A stretch of 64,000 bases of DNA from Nannocystis bainbridge (GCF_028368995.1 NZ_JAQNDL010000001.1:3136001-3200000); one strand, 5' to 3'; numbered from the stretch's first letter, positions 53,510-64,000 are shown. Program-made: numbers and translations. Notes: generated from the sequence alone by a model not told the origin.

Positions 53510-56506
53510 ATGGCCCGCTACGCCCCGCTCTTCCTCCTCTTCTTCCTGTCAGGCATCAGCGGCCTCATCTACGAGTCGATCTGGTCGCGCTACATCAAGC
53601 AGTTCGTCGGCAGCGCCGCCACCGCCCAGGTCCTCGTGCTCAGCCTGTTCATGGGCGGCATGGCGCTCGGCTCGCTGCTGGCCTCGCGCCGGCTCGCGGG
53701 CGTGCGCCGACCGGTGCGCGCGTACGGCCTGATCGAGGGCGGCATCGGCCTGTACGCGCTGGCGTTCCCGTGGCTCAGCGAGCTGGCGATGCGCGTGTGT
53801 TACGACCACGTGTTCCCCGGGCTCGGCGGCGGCTTCGCGGTCGAGGCGGTCAAGTGGAGCGTCGCCGGCCTGCTGATCCTCCCGCCGTGCGTGCTGCTGG
53901 GCATGACCTTCCCGCTGATGAGCGCCGGCATCCTCCGCCGCGACCCCGAGCGCTCCGGCGAGATCCTCAGCTTCCTCTACTTCACCAACAGCATCGGCGC
54001 GGCGCTCGGCGCCTTGCTGTCGGGCTTCGTCCTGGTCGCCAACTTCGGCCTGCCGGGCACCCTCGCCTGCGCCGCCGGCCTCAACATCGTCATCGCCGTG
54101 ATCGCCCTGGCTCACCGCCGCGAGCACGCGCCGATCGTCGAGGACACCGCCGCCTCGGCCGGCACCGACAACCTGGTCAAGCTGCTGCTGCTCGTGGCCT
54201 TCGGGACCGGGCTCTCCTCGTTCATGTACGAGATCGGGTGGATCCGCCTGCTGTCGATGATCATCGGCAGCGCCACCCACTCGTTCGAGGTCATGCTTTC
54301 GGCGTTCGTGTTCGGCCTGGCGATCGGCGGCCTGTGGGTGCGCAAGCGGATGGACCGGTTCAAGCGGCCGGAGCTGGTGCTCGGCATCGTCCAGCTGATC
54401 ATGGGCGTGGCCGCGATCGCGACCTTGCCGGCCTACCAGTGGGCGGTCGAGGCGATCGGCTGGCTGCTGGTCGACTCGCAGGGCAACCGCACCGAGGCGC
54501 TGTGGCAGCAGTTCAACGTCCTCCGCTACGCGCTGTGCCTGCTCATCATGTTCCCGGCGACCTTCTGCGCCGGCATGACCCTGCCGCTCATCACCCACGT
54601 GCTGCTGCGCCGCGGCCAGTCCGAGGGCGTCATCGGCCGCGTCTACGGCTTCAACACCTTCGGCGCGATCGCCGGGGCCGTGCTCGCCGGGCTCGTGCTC
54701 ATGCCGCTCATCGGCCTCCAGCGCGTCATCGTGCTCGGCGCCGCCGTCGACGTCGCCCTCGGCCTCGTGCTCGTGTTCGGCGACGCCCGCCGGGCCAAGC
54801 ACCCGGCCAAGATCCGCAGCTTCGGCCGGATCGCCGCCGGCAGCTCGCTGCTCACCCTCGCGTTCGGCCTGTTCGTCGTCAAGATCGACCCGATGGTCCT
54901 GTCGGCCACCGTGTTCCGCAACGGCCGCACGCGCCTGCCCGAGGGCTTCGAGCTGCTGTCCTACGTCGACGGCCGCACCGCCTCGGTGTCGGTCATCCGC
55001 CTCACCGACGCCCGCGAGTATCGCGTCATCTACACCAACGGCAAGCCCGACGCCTCGGTGGTGCTGAACCGCTACCCCGCCGACCGCGACCCCGAGCTCG
55101 GGCCCGACTTCGCCGGCGACGAGCCCAACCAGGTGCTGGTCGGCCTGCTGCCGCTGATGGCCCGGCCCCAGTCCACCGACGTCGCGCTGATCGGCTTCGG
55201 CTCCGGGGTGACGGCGCACGTGCTGCTCGGGTCGCCGACGCTGCAGCGGCTCGACACCATCGAGATCGAGCGCGAGATGGTGACGGGCTCGCGCAACTTC
55301 TACCCGGCCAACGCGCGCGCCTACGACGACCCGCGCAATCACTTCTGGTTCGACGATGCCAAGGCCTACTTCGCCGGGGCCGCGCGGCAGTTCGACATCA
55401 TCGTGTCCGAGCCGACCAACCCGTGGGTCAGCGGCGTCTCGAGCCTGTTCACCGTCGAGTTCTACCGCGAGGCCAAGCGCTACCTGAAGCCGGGCGGGAT
55501 CCTGGCCCAGTGGCTGCAGGGCTACGAGCTCAGCGACGAGCTGCTGCTGACCGTGCTCGCCGCCCTCGACCAGGAGTTCAGCGACTACCAGATCCTCCGC
55601 GTCGGCGCGAGCGACTGGGTCATCCTCTCGGTCGCCGACGGCGAGCTCGGGCGGCTCAGCGAGCAGCCGTTCACGTGGGCCGAGATGAAGCCCGAGCTGC
55701 AGCTGCTCGGCGTGCACGACATCGGCCAGGTCGACAACCTCGTGGTCGCCAACCGCCGCATGCTGCGCCCGTTCCTCGCCGGTCGCCCGGCCAACTCCGA
55801 CGCCATGCCGCTGCTCGACACCGGCGCCGAGAAAGCCCGCTTCCTCAAGGAGTCGGCCGGCTTCCTCCACCGCATCCGCTGGACCCCCGCGCCGCTGCTC
55901 GAGGTCCTCGGCGGCATCGAGCGCCGGCCCTATCCGGCCGGGGGCATCGGCGACCGTCGCCACCCGCACGTGTTCGAGGAGGCCGAGACCGCGGTCGCGC
56001 TGCTGCGCTTCTACGCCGACCCGACCCAGCGCTTCGCCGAGGACATCAGCCTCACCACCATGAACCAGTGGATCGACGAGCAGCGCCGGATCACCGCCGG
56101 CATCGACGACTGGGACGGCTGGATCGAGGCCACCTACGGCGTCTACATCAACCTCGTGCCGCACCTGCGCCTCGGTGACGTCGCCTGGTGGAAGGACGTC
56201 CTCGCCACCGCCCGCGACCGCAAGGCCCCCGCCGAGGTGCTCGCCTTCCTCGACGCCCTCGACGCCTTGCAGGCGCGCGACCCCGCCCGCCTGCGGGCCC
56301 GCCTCGACGAGCTCGACGGCGGCAAGAGCAAGCTGCTCACCACGGGCATGCGGGCGATCTCTGGCATGGTCGCCCGGGAGCTGGATGGAGCCGATCCCGC
56401 AGCCCGTCGCGCCTGGGCCGAGTCCAACATGGATGGGGTCGCCGACGCCGAGCTCCGCGGTGAGCGCCTGGCCTACGAGGCCCTGCGCGCCTACGCAGGC
56501 CGCTGA
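53510..56506 (+). CDS. Fused membrane (MFS-like) / spermidine synthase-like methyltransferase protein
   Basis: FFLSGISGLIYE..W repeated; about 13 TM segments; IGFGSGVT, EIE, DIIVSEPTNPW and LFTVEFY motifs. Confidence 0.88.
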   Translation: MARYAPLFLLFFLSGISGLIYESIWSRYIKQFVGSAATAQVLVLSLFMGGMALGSLLASRRLAGVRRPVRAYGLIEGGIGLYALAFPWLSELAMRVCYDHVFPGLGGGFAVEAVKWSVAGLLILPPCVLLGMTFPLMSAGILRRDPERSGEILSFLYFTNSIGAALGALLSGFVLVANFGLPGTLACAAGLNIVIAVIALAHRREHAPIVEDTAASAGTDNLVKLLLLVAFGTGLSSFMYEIGWIRLLSMIIGSATHSFEVMLSAFVFGLAIGGLWVRKRMDRFKRPELVLGIVQLIMGVAAIATLPAYQWAVEAIGWLLVDSQGNRTEALWQQFNVLRYALCLLIMFPATFCAGMTLPLITHVLLRRGQSEGVIGRVYGFNTFGAIAGAVLAGLVLMPLIGLQRVIVLGAAVDVALGLVLVFGDARRAKHPAKIRSFGRIAAGSSLLTLAFGLFVVKIDPMVLSATVFRNGRTRLPEGFELLSYVDGRTASVSVIRLTDAREYRVIYTNGKPDASVVLNRYPADRDPELGPDFAGDEPNQVLVGLLPLMARPQSTDVALIGFGSGVTAHVLLGSPTLQRLDTIEIEREMVTGSRNFYPANARAYDDPRNHFWFDDAKAYFAGAARQFDIIVSEPTNPWVSGVSSLFTVEFYREAKRYLKPGGILAQWLQGYELSDELLLTVLAALDQEFSDYQILRVGASDWVILSVADGELGRLSEQPFTWAEMKPELQLLGVHDIGQVDNLVVANRRMLRPFLAGRPANSDAMPLLDTGAEKARFLKESAGFLHRIRWTPAPLLEVLGGIERRPYPAGGIGDRRHPHVFEEAETAVALLRFYADPTQRFAEDISLTTMNQWIDEQRRITAGIDDWDGWIEATYGVYINLVPHLRLGDVAWWKDVLATARDRKAPAEVLAFLDALDALQARDPARLRARLDELDGGKSKLLTTGMRAISGMVARELDGADPAARRAWAESNMDGVADAELRGERLAYEALRAYAGR

Positions 56507-56648
56507 GCGGTCACCTGTCTCCAGGGACATCTCACTTCGCCCTGCACGGGAGGACCGCGCGTCCTCCCGTGCAGAGCGCACGTGACCCGCACGCGGCGCT
56601 TCGCACCCGGCGGCGCGCGCCAGGTGTAGTCTGTGGCCGACGCGCCGG

Positions 56649-59090
56649 ATGGGCACCGATCCAGAACACGAGCGACGGGTCCGACTCGCCCGCGGCGTCC
56701 TCGCCTGGCTGACCGTCTCCGGCGGCCTGTTGACGCTCGTCGACGCCGTCGCGCTGCTGACCCGCCACTCTTGGCATCACCTGGTCGGCCTCGGGCTCGC
56801 GTCGGTGTTCGTCGCCGTCTGCGGTTTGGGCCTCCGCCGCGCCCGCGTCGACCCCGGGCGCGCGCTCGAGCTCGGCTACGTCGTCATCCTCGTCACCATC
56901 GCCGGCGTCGGCCTGTTTGTCGCCCTGCCGCTGCTGGTGCTCGCCTGCGCGACCGCGTTCTTGATCCTCGCCACCGCCCCGCAGGTGGTCGCGCCGGCGC
57001 GGGTCGACCTGTGGACCGTCGTCGCCGTGTTCGCCGCCCTCACTCTCGGCGCGCTCGAGCTGGCGCCGCTGCCGACGCGCACCATCGACGTCCCGAGCGC
57101 CCTGCTCTACGACCTCACCTGCATCGCCGCCCTGATCGTCGCCGGCGTGCTGGCCGTCCGCGACTTCGCCCGCTACTCGCTCAAGATCAAGCTCACCCTC
57201 GTCACCCTCACGGTCGCCCTCGCCCCGCTGTTCGTGGTCCGCATCGACGCCCGCCTGCGCCTGGCCGCGGACGACCTCGAGGCTGCGCTTTCGGACATGT
57301 CCGAAAGTGCATCTCAATCGGCGAGCGCGTGGGACGGCTTCCTCGCCGGCCCGCTCGCCTCGCTGCGGGCCCTCGCCGGCGGCGACGGGGCCCTGGCGGC
57401 CTGCAGCGGCCCGGCGGCGGCCCGCGAGGCGCTGGCGCGGCGGCTGCGGCGCTGGACCGAAGATCGTGACTCGGCGATCGACGCCGCCGGCTTGTGGGGC
57501 GCCGTCGGCCAGCGCGTGCTGGTCGTCGGCGAATTCCCGCTCGCCGCCCCGCCGCCCGAGTCGGTCGCCTTCGCCGTCGATCGCCACGCGCGCGACGTCC
57601 TGGTCCTGAGCGCGCCGGTCGGTGACGACGCCGCCTGCACCCTCGCCTTCGCCCTGCGGCCCGGCCTCGTCCGCCAGTGGAGCACCGACATCGCGGCCAC
57701 CGGCGGCGTCGCCGTGGTCCTGCGCGACCGCGAAGATCGCCCGCTGTTCGGCCCGCCCGAGCTCGCCGCGCTGGTGCCCGGCTACGCCGCCGTGCCGCCT
57801 GCCGCCCCAGCCGCCCGGACCTCGCCGCTGCCGCGCACCCTGGCCCAGCCCACCGTCGCCGCGCGCCTCGACGACGGCCGCCTCGCCGCCGTCGCGCGCA
57901 TCGCCGACGCCGACTGGACCCTCGCCCTCGTGCGCCCCTCGGCCAGCTTCACCGCCGTCACCGCCGAGCACGCGCGCCGCGTCCAGTGGATCACCCTCCT
58001 CGTCGCCGCCGTCGCCAGCCTCGGCGCCTTCGCCCTCAGCCGGCGGCTCGCCGCCCCGATCGCGCGGCTCGCCAGCGCCATGGCCCGCTTCACCGGCGAC
58101 GATCCGCGCCCGACCTCCCGCACCGGCGACGAGATCGACGCCCTCGCGCGCCGCTTCGATGTCATGGCCGGCCAGGTCCGCGCCCTCCTGCGCGCCCAGG
58201 AGCAGCAGACCCACCGCCTGCAGGCCGAGGTCAGCGAGCGCAGCGAACAGGAGCGGCGCCTGCAGGCCCTCAACCGCGAGCTGAGCGCCGTCAGCGACCG
58301 CTCGCAGGCCGCCAGCCGGGCCAAGAGCACCTTCCTCGCCCACATGAGCCACGAGCTGCGCACGCCGCTGTCGGCGATCATCGGCTACGGCGAGATGCTG
58401 CACGAGCAAGCCCGCGACCACGGCCACGACGGCTACGCTCGCGACGCCGACAACATCGTCCAGGCCGCCCAGCACCTGCTGACGATCATCAACGAGATCC
58501 TCGACCTCTCGAAGATCGAGGCCGGCAAGATGGACATGGTGCTCGAGGAGTTCGACGCCGCCCGGCTGATGCGCGAGGTCGCCGACGCCATCCGCCCGCT
58601 GATCGCCGCCAACCGCAACACGCTGACGCTGGAGCTCGAGCAGGACTCGGCGCCGATGTACAGCGACCGTCACAAGCTGCGCCAGGTCCTGCTCAACTTG
58701 CTCGGCAACGCCGCCAAGTTCACCGAGAGCGGCGCCATCGTCCTCGGCCTGCGTCAGCGCAGCGCCGCCGGCATCATCTGCCTCGTCTTCACCGTCCGCG
58801 ACACCGGCCGCGGCATCGCCCAGGGCGCGCTCGCTACCCTGTTCGAGCCGTTCACGCAGGTCGTCGAGCCGGGCGCGCGCAAGACCACCGGCACGGGCCT
58901 CGGCCTCGCCATCACCCGTCGCTTCTGTCGCCTCATGGGCGGCGAGATCGACGTGACCTCGAGCCCCGGCGCCGGCTCCACCTTCACCGTCACCGTCCCC
59001 GTCAGCTACCGCGGCCTGCGCGACAGCAACTCGTGGCACCCGCTGCGGCACCCGCCGCGCGCGGACGAGAGTGCGCGCCTCAAGCCCTGA
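56649..59090 (+). CDS. Membrane sensor histidine kinase (HAMP-HisKA-HATPase)
   Basis: DEIDALA (HAMP), MSHELRTPL, NLLGNAAKFT, DTGRGI and GTGLGL motifs. Confidence 0.93.
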   Translation: MGTDPEHERRVRLARGVLAWLTVSGGLLTLVDAVALLTRHSWHHLVGLGLASVFVAVCGLGLRRARVDPGRALELGYVVILVTIAGVGLFVALPLLVLACATAFLILATAPQVVAPARVDLWTVVAVFAALTLGALELAPLPTRTIDVPSALLYDLTCIAALIVAGVLAVRDFARYSLKIKLTLVTLTVALAPLFVVRIDARLRLAADDLEAALSDMSESASQSASAWDGFLAGPLASLRALAGGDGALAACSGPAAAREALARRLRRWTEDRDSAIDAAGLWGAVGQRVLVVGEFPLAAPPPESVAFAVDRHARDVLVLSAPVGDDAACTLAFALRPGLVRQWSTDIAATGGVAVVLRDREDRPLFGPPELAALVPGYAAVPPAAPAARTSPLPRTLAQPTVAARLDDGRLAAVARIADADWTLALVRPSASFTAVTAEHARRVQWITLLVAAVASLGAFALSRRLAAPIARLASAMARFTGDDPRPTSRTGDEIDALARRFDVMAGQVRALLRAQEQQTHRLQAEVSERSEQERRLQALNRELSAVSDRSQAASRAKSTFLAHMSHELRTPLSAIIGYGEMLHEQARDHGHDGYARDADNIVQAAQHLLTIINEILDLSKIEAGKMDMVLEEFDAARLMREVADAIRPLIAANRNTLTLELEQDSAPMYSDRHKLRQVLLNLLGNAAKFTESGAIVLGLRQRSAAGIICLVFTVRDTGRGIAQGALATLFEPFTQVVEPGARKTTGTGLGLAITRRFCRLMGGEIDVTSSPGAGSTFTVTVPVSYRGLRDSNSWHPLRHPPRADESARLKP

Positions 59091-59287
59091 TCGCGCATCG
59101 AGTGGAGAGGTCGTCGCGACCTCGCACATGTCCTCCCGGCCAGCTCGCGCGTGCGCGGAACTGCGAGCCGCCGAGCGACGTGAGGACCGGCCCGCGCGCC
59201 GCGAGGCCCCTCGCCCCCGCTCGCGACTCTTGCTGCGATCGCCGGCGCCGCGATAACGTGCGGGCCGTCCCACCCGGGAGGCTTTGC

Positions 59288-61594
59288 ATGACCTCGACTG
59301 TTAAACGGCGATCTGCGCCGACGTTCATGGCCCTGGGCATCGCCGGCCTCGCTGCCGCGGCCCTCGGCGCTTGCAAGGACGGCGGCTTCGGCGGCGACGA
59401 CGACAGCTGCGTCTCGACCCGCGAGTTCTTCGCCAACGAGGCCTGGCCCAAGGTGCTCGGCAAGACCTGCATCTCGTGCCACGGCCCGGCCGGCATCGCC
59501 GAGGAGCAGGGCGCCGAGTTCCGCCTGCTGCCCGCCTCCTACCCCGGCTTCCTCGACGCCAACCTCGCGGCCGTCACCGAGAACGCCTCGGTCAGCTACG
59601 ACGACCTCTCGGCGCTGCTGGCCAAGCCGACCGCCAAGACCAAGCACGGCGGCGGCGAGGTCATCAAGCCCGACAGCGAGGAGTACCGGATCCTCGAGAG
59701 CCTGCTCGCCCAGCTCAAGGCCCCGCGCGAGTGCCCCGGCAACGACGGCGCCGACCTCGACGCCGTCGAACTGATGAGCCCCGAGCAGACCCTGCGCAAG
59801 GCCACGCTGCACCTCGCGGGCCGCCTGCCGACCGCCGAGGAGCTCAAGGAGGCCGCCGCCGGCGACGACGCGCTGGCCGAGGCCGTGCGCGGCGTGCTCG
59901 AGGAGGACGGCTTCTACGACCGCCTCGGCGACATCTTCAACGACCTGCTGCTGACCGACCGCTACCTCGTCTACACCGGCTTCGCGGTCAACATCCTCAA
60001 CAGCGAGGACTTCCCGAACGCCGGCGCGTGGTGGGAGGGCCTCGAGGGCCAGGACGCGCTGCGCTACCAGGTCAACCGCGCCGCCGCGCGCGAGCCGATC
60101 GACCTGATCAACTACGTCGTCCGCAACGACCGCCCCTTCACCGAGATCCTCACCGCCGACTACACGGTGCTCAACCCGTTCTCGGCCCAGCTCTACGACC
60201 TCGACCTCGGCTTCGCCGACCCGGCCGACCCGCGCGAGTTCAAGGAGGCCAAGCTGTTCAGCGTGCGCGGCGGCAAGAAGACCCTGCCGCACGCCGGCGT
60301 GCTCAGCTCGCCGATGTTCCTCAACCGCTTCCCGACCACGCCGACCAACCGCAACCGCCACCGCGCGCGGATGACCTACAAGCTGTTCCTCGCCACCGAC
60401 GTGCTGCGCATCGGCGAGCGGCCGATCGACCCGTCGCTGTCGGAGGCGTACTCGAACCCGACGCGCGATGACAAGCAGTGCAACTTCTGCCACCAGCTGC
60501 TCGACCCGGTGGCCGGCGCGTTCCAGAACTACGACGACTACGACATGGAGGTCCTGACCACCCGCGAGTGGTTCCCGGAGATGTTCGCGCCCGGCTTCGA
60601 CGGCGAGGACATCCCGAAGTCGGAGTTCTCCAAGTCGCTCGAGTGGTTGGCCGCGCGCCTCGTCAAGGATCCGCGGTTCGTCATCGCCACCGTGCACACC
60701 GTGTTCCGCGCGCTGACCGGGACCGAGCCGCTGCTGTTCCCGGCCGACGCCGAGGACCCGCTGTACAGCGCCAAGCTCGACGCCTGGGAGGCCCAGGACG
60801 CCCTGTTCCGCCAGATCGGCGACGAGTTCGTGGCCGACGAATACAACCTCAAGACCGTGATCGTCGGCGTGGTCATGAGCCCGTACTTCCGCGGCCTCAG
60901 CCTCGACGCGACCGAGCTTTCCGCGGCCGACAGCGAGGAGCTCGCGGTCGTCGGCCACGGCCGGCTGTCGACCCCCGAGCTGCTGGCGAACAAGCTCCAG
61001 GCGACCACCGGCATCCGGTGGATCCGCGGCTGGGACCTCAATGACTGGCTGACCACCGACTACCGGATCCTCTACGGCGGCATCGACTCCGACAGCATCA
61101 CCCAGCGACTCACGCGCATGAACGGCATCATGGGCGCGGTCGCCGGGCGCATGGCCAACGAGGTCGCCTGCGCCGTCACGGCCTACGACTTCTCGCGCGC
61201 GACCGACAAGCGGCGGCTGTTCCCGAAGGTCACGCTCGACACCGTGCCGCTGAGCGAGACCGGCGCCGAGGTGCCCGACAACGTCGCCGCCATCAAGGCC
61301 AACCTCGTCCACCTCCATCAGCGCGTGCTCGGCGAGACGCTCGCGGCCGACGACCCGGAGATCCAGCGCGCCTACGACCTGTTCCTCGGGACATGGAAGG
61401 ACGGCACCGCGGCCGTCGCCGGCGGGACCGAGAACGAGTGGCTGAGCTGGTGGTGCCAGGCCCGCGTCGACCCCAACACCAACGTCGACCTGCCCGACGC
61501 CGAGAAGATCGAGACCGACAAGAACTACACCATCCGCGCGTGGATGGCGGTGATGACGTACATGCTGTCGGACTACCAGTTCCTCTACGAGTGA
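59288..61594 (+). CDS. DUF1588/DUF1592-type lipoprotein with two CxxCH motifs
   Basis: LGAC lipobox; CISCH and CNFCH; DRPFTEILTADYT; HAGVLS. Confidence 0.8.
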   Translation: MTSTVKRRSAPTFMALGIAGLAAAALGACKDGGFGGDDDSCVSTREFFANEAWPKVLGKTCISCHGPAGIAEEQGAEFRLLPASYPGFLDANLAAVTENASVSYDDLSALLAKPTAKTKHGGGEVIKPDSEEYRILESLLAQLKAPRECPGNDGADLDAVELMSPEQTLRKATLHLAGRLPTAEELKEAAAGDDALAEAVRGVLEEDGFYDRLGDIFNDLLLTDRYLVYTGFAVNILNSEDFPNAGAWWEGLEGQDALRYQVNRAAAREPIDLINYVVRNDRPFTEILTADYTVLNPFSAQLYDLDLGFADPADPREFKEAKLFSVRGGKKTLPHAGVLSSPMFLNRFPTTPTNRNRHRARMTYKLFLATDVLRIGERPIDPSLSEAYSNPTRDDKQCNFCHQLLDPVAGAFQNYDDYDMEVLTTREWFPEMFAPGFDGEDIPKSEFSKSLEWLAARLVKDPRFVIATVHTVFRALTGTEPLLFPADAEDPLYSAKLDAWEAQDALFRQIGDEFVADEYNLKTVIVGVVMSPYFRGLSLDATELSAADSEELAVVGHGRLSTPELLANKLQATTGIRWIRGWDLNDWLTTDYRILYGGIDSDSITQRLTRMNGIMGAVAGRMANEVACAVTAYDFSRATDKRRLFPKVTLDTVPLSETGAEVPDNVAAIKANLVHLHQRVLGETLAADDPEIQRAYDLFLGTWKDGTAAVAGGTENEWLSWWCQARVDPNTNVDLPDAEKIETDKNYTIRAWMAVMTYMLSDYQFLYE

Positions 61595-61619
61595 CGCCGA
61601 CGACGAAGGAGCTACCACC

Positions 61620-62939
61620 ATGGATCGCCGCAAGTTCTTGAAGATCGCCGCCATGTCCGGGCTCGCCGTCGCCGCGCCGGTGGGGGTGCGCCGCGCCCTC
61701 GCCGACGCCGAGCCGTACGAGGGCCCGTACTTCGTGCTCATCAGCGCCTCGGGCGGGTGGGACCCCGTCTACCTGTGCGACCCCAAGGAGCAGGGCCCGC
61801 TCAACCGGCTCTACGCCGCCAGCGCCTCGCAGGGCAACATCCACTACGCGCCGATCGGCCTCGACCCGGTCGCGCTCGGCCTCGAGGAGGCCGAGGTCGC
61901 GTACCTGATGTCGAACGCCGACTTCTTCACCAAGTACGGCAGCCAGCTGCTCGTGCTCAACGGCGTCGACATGGCGACCAACAACCACGACGCCGGCGCG
62001 CGCGCGACCTGGAGCGGCCGCCTGCCCGAGGGCTTCCCGGCCTTCGGCGCGCTCGTGGCGGCCGCGCGGGCGCCCGAGAGCACCTTCGCGTACGTCAGCG
62101 CCGGGGGCTTCGACGCCACCGAGGGCCTCGTGCCGCTGACGCGCATCAGCAGCGTCGACGCGGTCAAGAAGATCGCCAACCCCAACCTCACCGACCCGAA
62201 CAACGCCGAGACCGACAAGTTCCACTCCGACAAGACGATGGAGCGGATCCGCAAGGCCCAGACGGCGCGGCTCGAGGCGCAGATGGCCGCCGCTCGCCTG
62301 CCGCGCAGCAAGGCGGCGATGAACGAGCTGTTCCTGGCGCGCGGCGGCGAGAAGCTGCTGAAGGGCCTGGCGCTGCCGGCCGAGCCGGCGACGCTGCCCG
62401 GCTATCAGCTCGGCGACCTGCAGGGCTTCATGCAGCAGAGCCAGTTCGCGGTCGCGGCCTTCAAGGCGCGCATGGCCGTGGCCGCCAACCTCAACATCGG
62501 CGGCTTCGACACCCACGGCAACCACGACCGCGACCAGGTGCGCCAGCTGGCCAAGCTGCTCGCCGGCGTCGATTTCTTCATGAAAGAGGCCGAGGCGGCC
62601 GGCATCGCCGACAAACTGACAGTGGTCATCGGCTCCGACTTCGCCCGCGGCCCCGGCTACAACGGCGACAACGAGTACGCCGGCAAGGACCACTGGCCGG
62701 TCACCAGCCTGATGATGATGGGCCGCGGCATCGCCGGCAATCGCGTGGTCGGGGCCACCGACGCCGAGCAATTCGGCGCCCTCGTCGACCCGACCAGCCT
62801 CGCCGTCGGCAAGGGCTCGAAGCTCACGCCCGAGAGCATCCACCTCGCGCTGCGCAAGCTGGCCGGCATCGACACCGCCGAGGTCACGGCCCGCTTCCCG
62901 CTGGCCGGCCAGGACATGCCGAAGCTGCTCGGCGGCTGA
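61620..62939 (+). CDS. Tat-exported DUF1501 domain protein
   Basis: MDRRKFLK Tat motif; GGWD, GGFDTH, SDFARGP and GKDHWP motifs; AGGAG RBS. Confidence 0.85.
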   Translation: MDRRKFLKIAAMSGLAVAAPVGVRRALADAEPYEGPYFVLISASGGWDPVYLCDPKEQGPLNRLYAASASQGNIHYAPIGLDPVALGLEEAEVAYLMSNADFFTKYGSQLLVLNGVDMATNNHDAGARATWSGRLPEGFPAFGALVAAARAPESTFAYVSAGGFDATEGLVPLTRISSVDAVKKIANPNLTDPNNAETDKFHSDKTMERIRKAQTARLEAQMAAARLPRSKAAMNELFLARGGEKLLKGLALPAEPATLPGYQLGDLQGFMQQSQFAVAAFKARMAVAANLNIGGFDTHGNHDRDQVRQLAKLLAGVDFFMKEAEAAGIADKLTVVIGSDFARGPGYNGDNEYAGKDHWPVTSLMMMGRGIAGNRVVGATDAEQFGALVDPTSLAVGKGSKLTPESIHLALRKLAGIDTAEVTARFPLAGQDMPKLLGG

Positions 62940-63009
62940 GCCCGTTCGCTGCAAACCCGCCCTCGCGCCGCGCGGTGCGAGGGCGCTCGCGTGTTCGCCG
63001 CGAGCGTCG

Positions 63010-63435
63010 GACATGTCCCGAAGTTCGCGTGAGGCGACGCGCACGATCACGGCGTCGTGCATGGCCCGATCGACCGCGAGCTGCGACAATCACATGTCCC
63101 GAAGGACATGTGCACTGGCGCGCGCAGCCGAGCCCGCTGGCAGCCGTGACCGCGCTCGACATGTCCCCGGGGACATGTGCACTGGCGCGCGCGACCCGGC
63201 TCGCCGCGCTCGCCGTCGGCGCCGCGCGGCCGACTCGGGGCGCCTGCCACGCCATAACTTTCGGACATGTCCTGAAGAACATGTGCGTCGGCGCGCCGCA
63301 CAGCGGCCCGCGGGCTGGCGCTCACGTTCGCGCGCCTGACCGCACCCTTGGGCACAGTCGCTGTGCATCTTTGCGAACTCGCCTGGGGATCGTCGCATGC
63401 GCATGCACGCGTCGATCGATCTGTCCCGAAGACAT
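63010..63435. repeat. Cluster of 14-bp palindromes including a 67-bp duplication
   Basis: acatgtcc-N4-ggacatgtgcactggcgcgcgc at 63092 and 63159; further units at 63012, 63266/63280 and 63421. Confidence 0.8.
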
Positions 63436-63479
63436 TGCCGCCTCGAGTGCGGCGTGGTTACTCTCCATTCACCCCCCGA

Positions 63480-64000
63480 ATGCATGAACCCAAGCGAAGT
63501 CGCGAACCCGACGCGCCGCGCGCCCCATGTAGCCGCCGCCCGTCCGTCGACCTCACCGGCCGCGTCTTAGGCGGCCGATACGAGCTGCTCCGTCGTCTCG
63601 GTCACGGCGGCAGCGGCGCCACCATCTACGAGGCCGAGCACGTCGAGCTGCGGCGGCGCGTCGCCGTCAAGGTCCTCGACCCCGGCCTCTCCGACGCCGA
63701 CACCGTCGCGCGTTTCACCCACGAGGCGCACGCCGCGGCGGCGCTGCGCAGCGAACACATCATCGACATCATCGAGCTCGCGCATGACGACAGCGAGCTC
63801 GTGTTCATGGTGATGGAGTGCCTCGAAGGCGAGGACCTCGCGGTCACGCTGGCCCAGGACGGCCCGCTCGACTGGCGGCGCGTGCTGTCGATCGGCACCC
63901 AGGTGTGCGAGGCGCTGGTGACGGCCCACGCCCGCGGCGTGGTGCATTGTGACATCAAGCCCGGCAACTGCTTCCGCATCACCCACGGCGGCACCGCCGA
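63480..64000 (+). CDS. Ser/Thr protein kinase (5' part, runs off the window)
   Basis: Translated by hand: GRYELLRRLGHGGSG..VAVKVL..RFTHEA..VMECLEGEDL..VVHCDIKPGN. Confidence 0.9.
   Translation, partial: MHEPKRSREPDAPRAPCSRRPSVDLTGRVLGGRYELLRRLGHGGSGATIYEAEHVELRRRVAVKVLDPGLSDADTVARFTHEAHAAAALRSEHIIDIIELAHDDSELVFMVMECLEGEDLAVTLAQDGPLDWRRVLSIGTQVCEALVTAHARGVVHCDIKPGNCFRITHGGTA

Noticed and set aside
63090-63200. Repeat with 67-bp period resembling CRISPR repeat-spacer spacing
   Set aside because: Only two good copies, the intervening sequences resemble each other, and the core is the dispersed 14-bp palindrome.

Overview
This is a very GC-rich (about 70% by eye), gene-dense chromosomal segment of a myxobacterium, most likely Nannocystaceae. 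That assignment rests on a MYXO-CTERM protein, Cys-rich lipoproteins with Thr-rich linkers, a TIGR04552-like gene, an ftsB-dmxA-like pair and a Myxococcus-type LexA box. It holds about 53 CDSs, mixing housekeeping genes (fabH, exbBD, ftsB, lexA, fadD, rpsU, folE, mrp/apbC, def, maeB, moaDE) with many secreted or lipoprotein genes, plus one tRNA-Ala(GGC). I see no transposase, integrase, prophage or CRISPR array. The most striking unexplained signal is non-coding: a highly iterated 14-bp palindrome, TGTCC-N4-GGACA. It forms head-to-tail arrays with exact 14-bp phasing just downstream of many stop codons, and single copies are written into coding sequences using rare synonymous codons. Other points of interest are two small ORFs missed by the ORF track (30 and 48 aa), a rhodanese/carbonic-anhydrase-like fusion, a MerR-folE-phosphatase/pteridine-reductase pterin cluster, and many apparently leaderless genes. 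All product calls come from motifs recognised by eye; no database searches were run.
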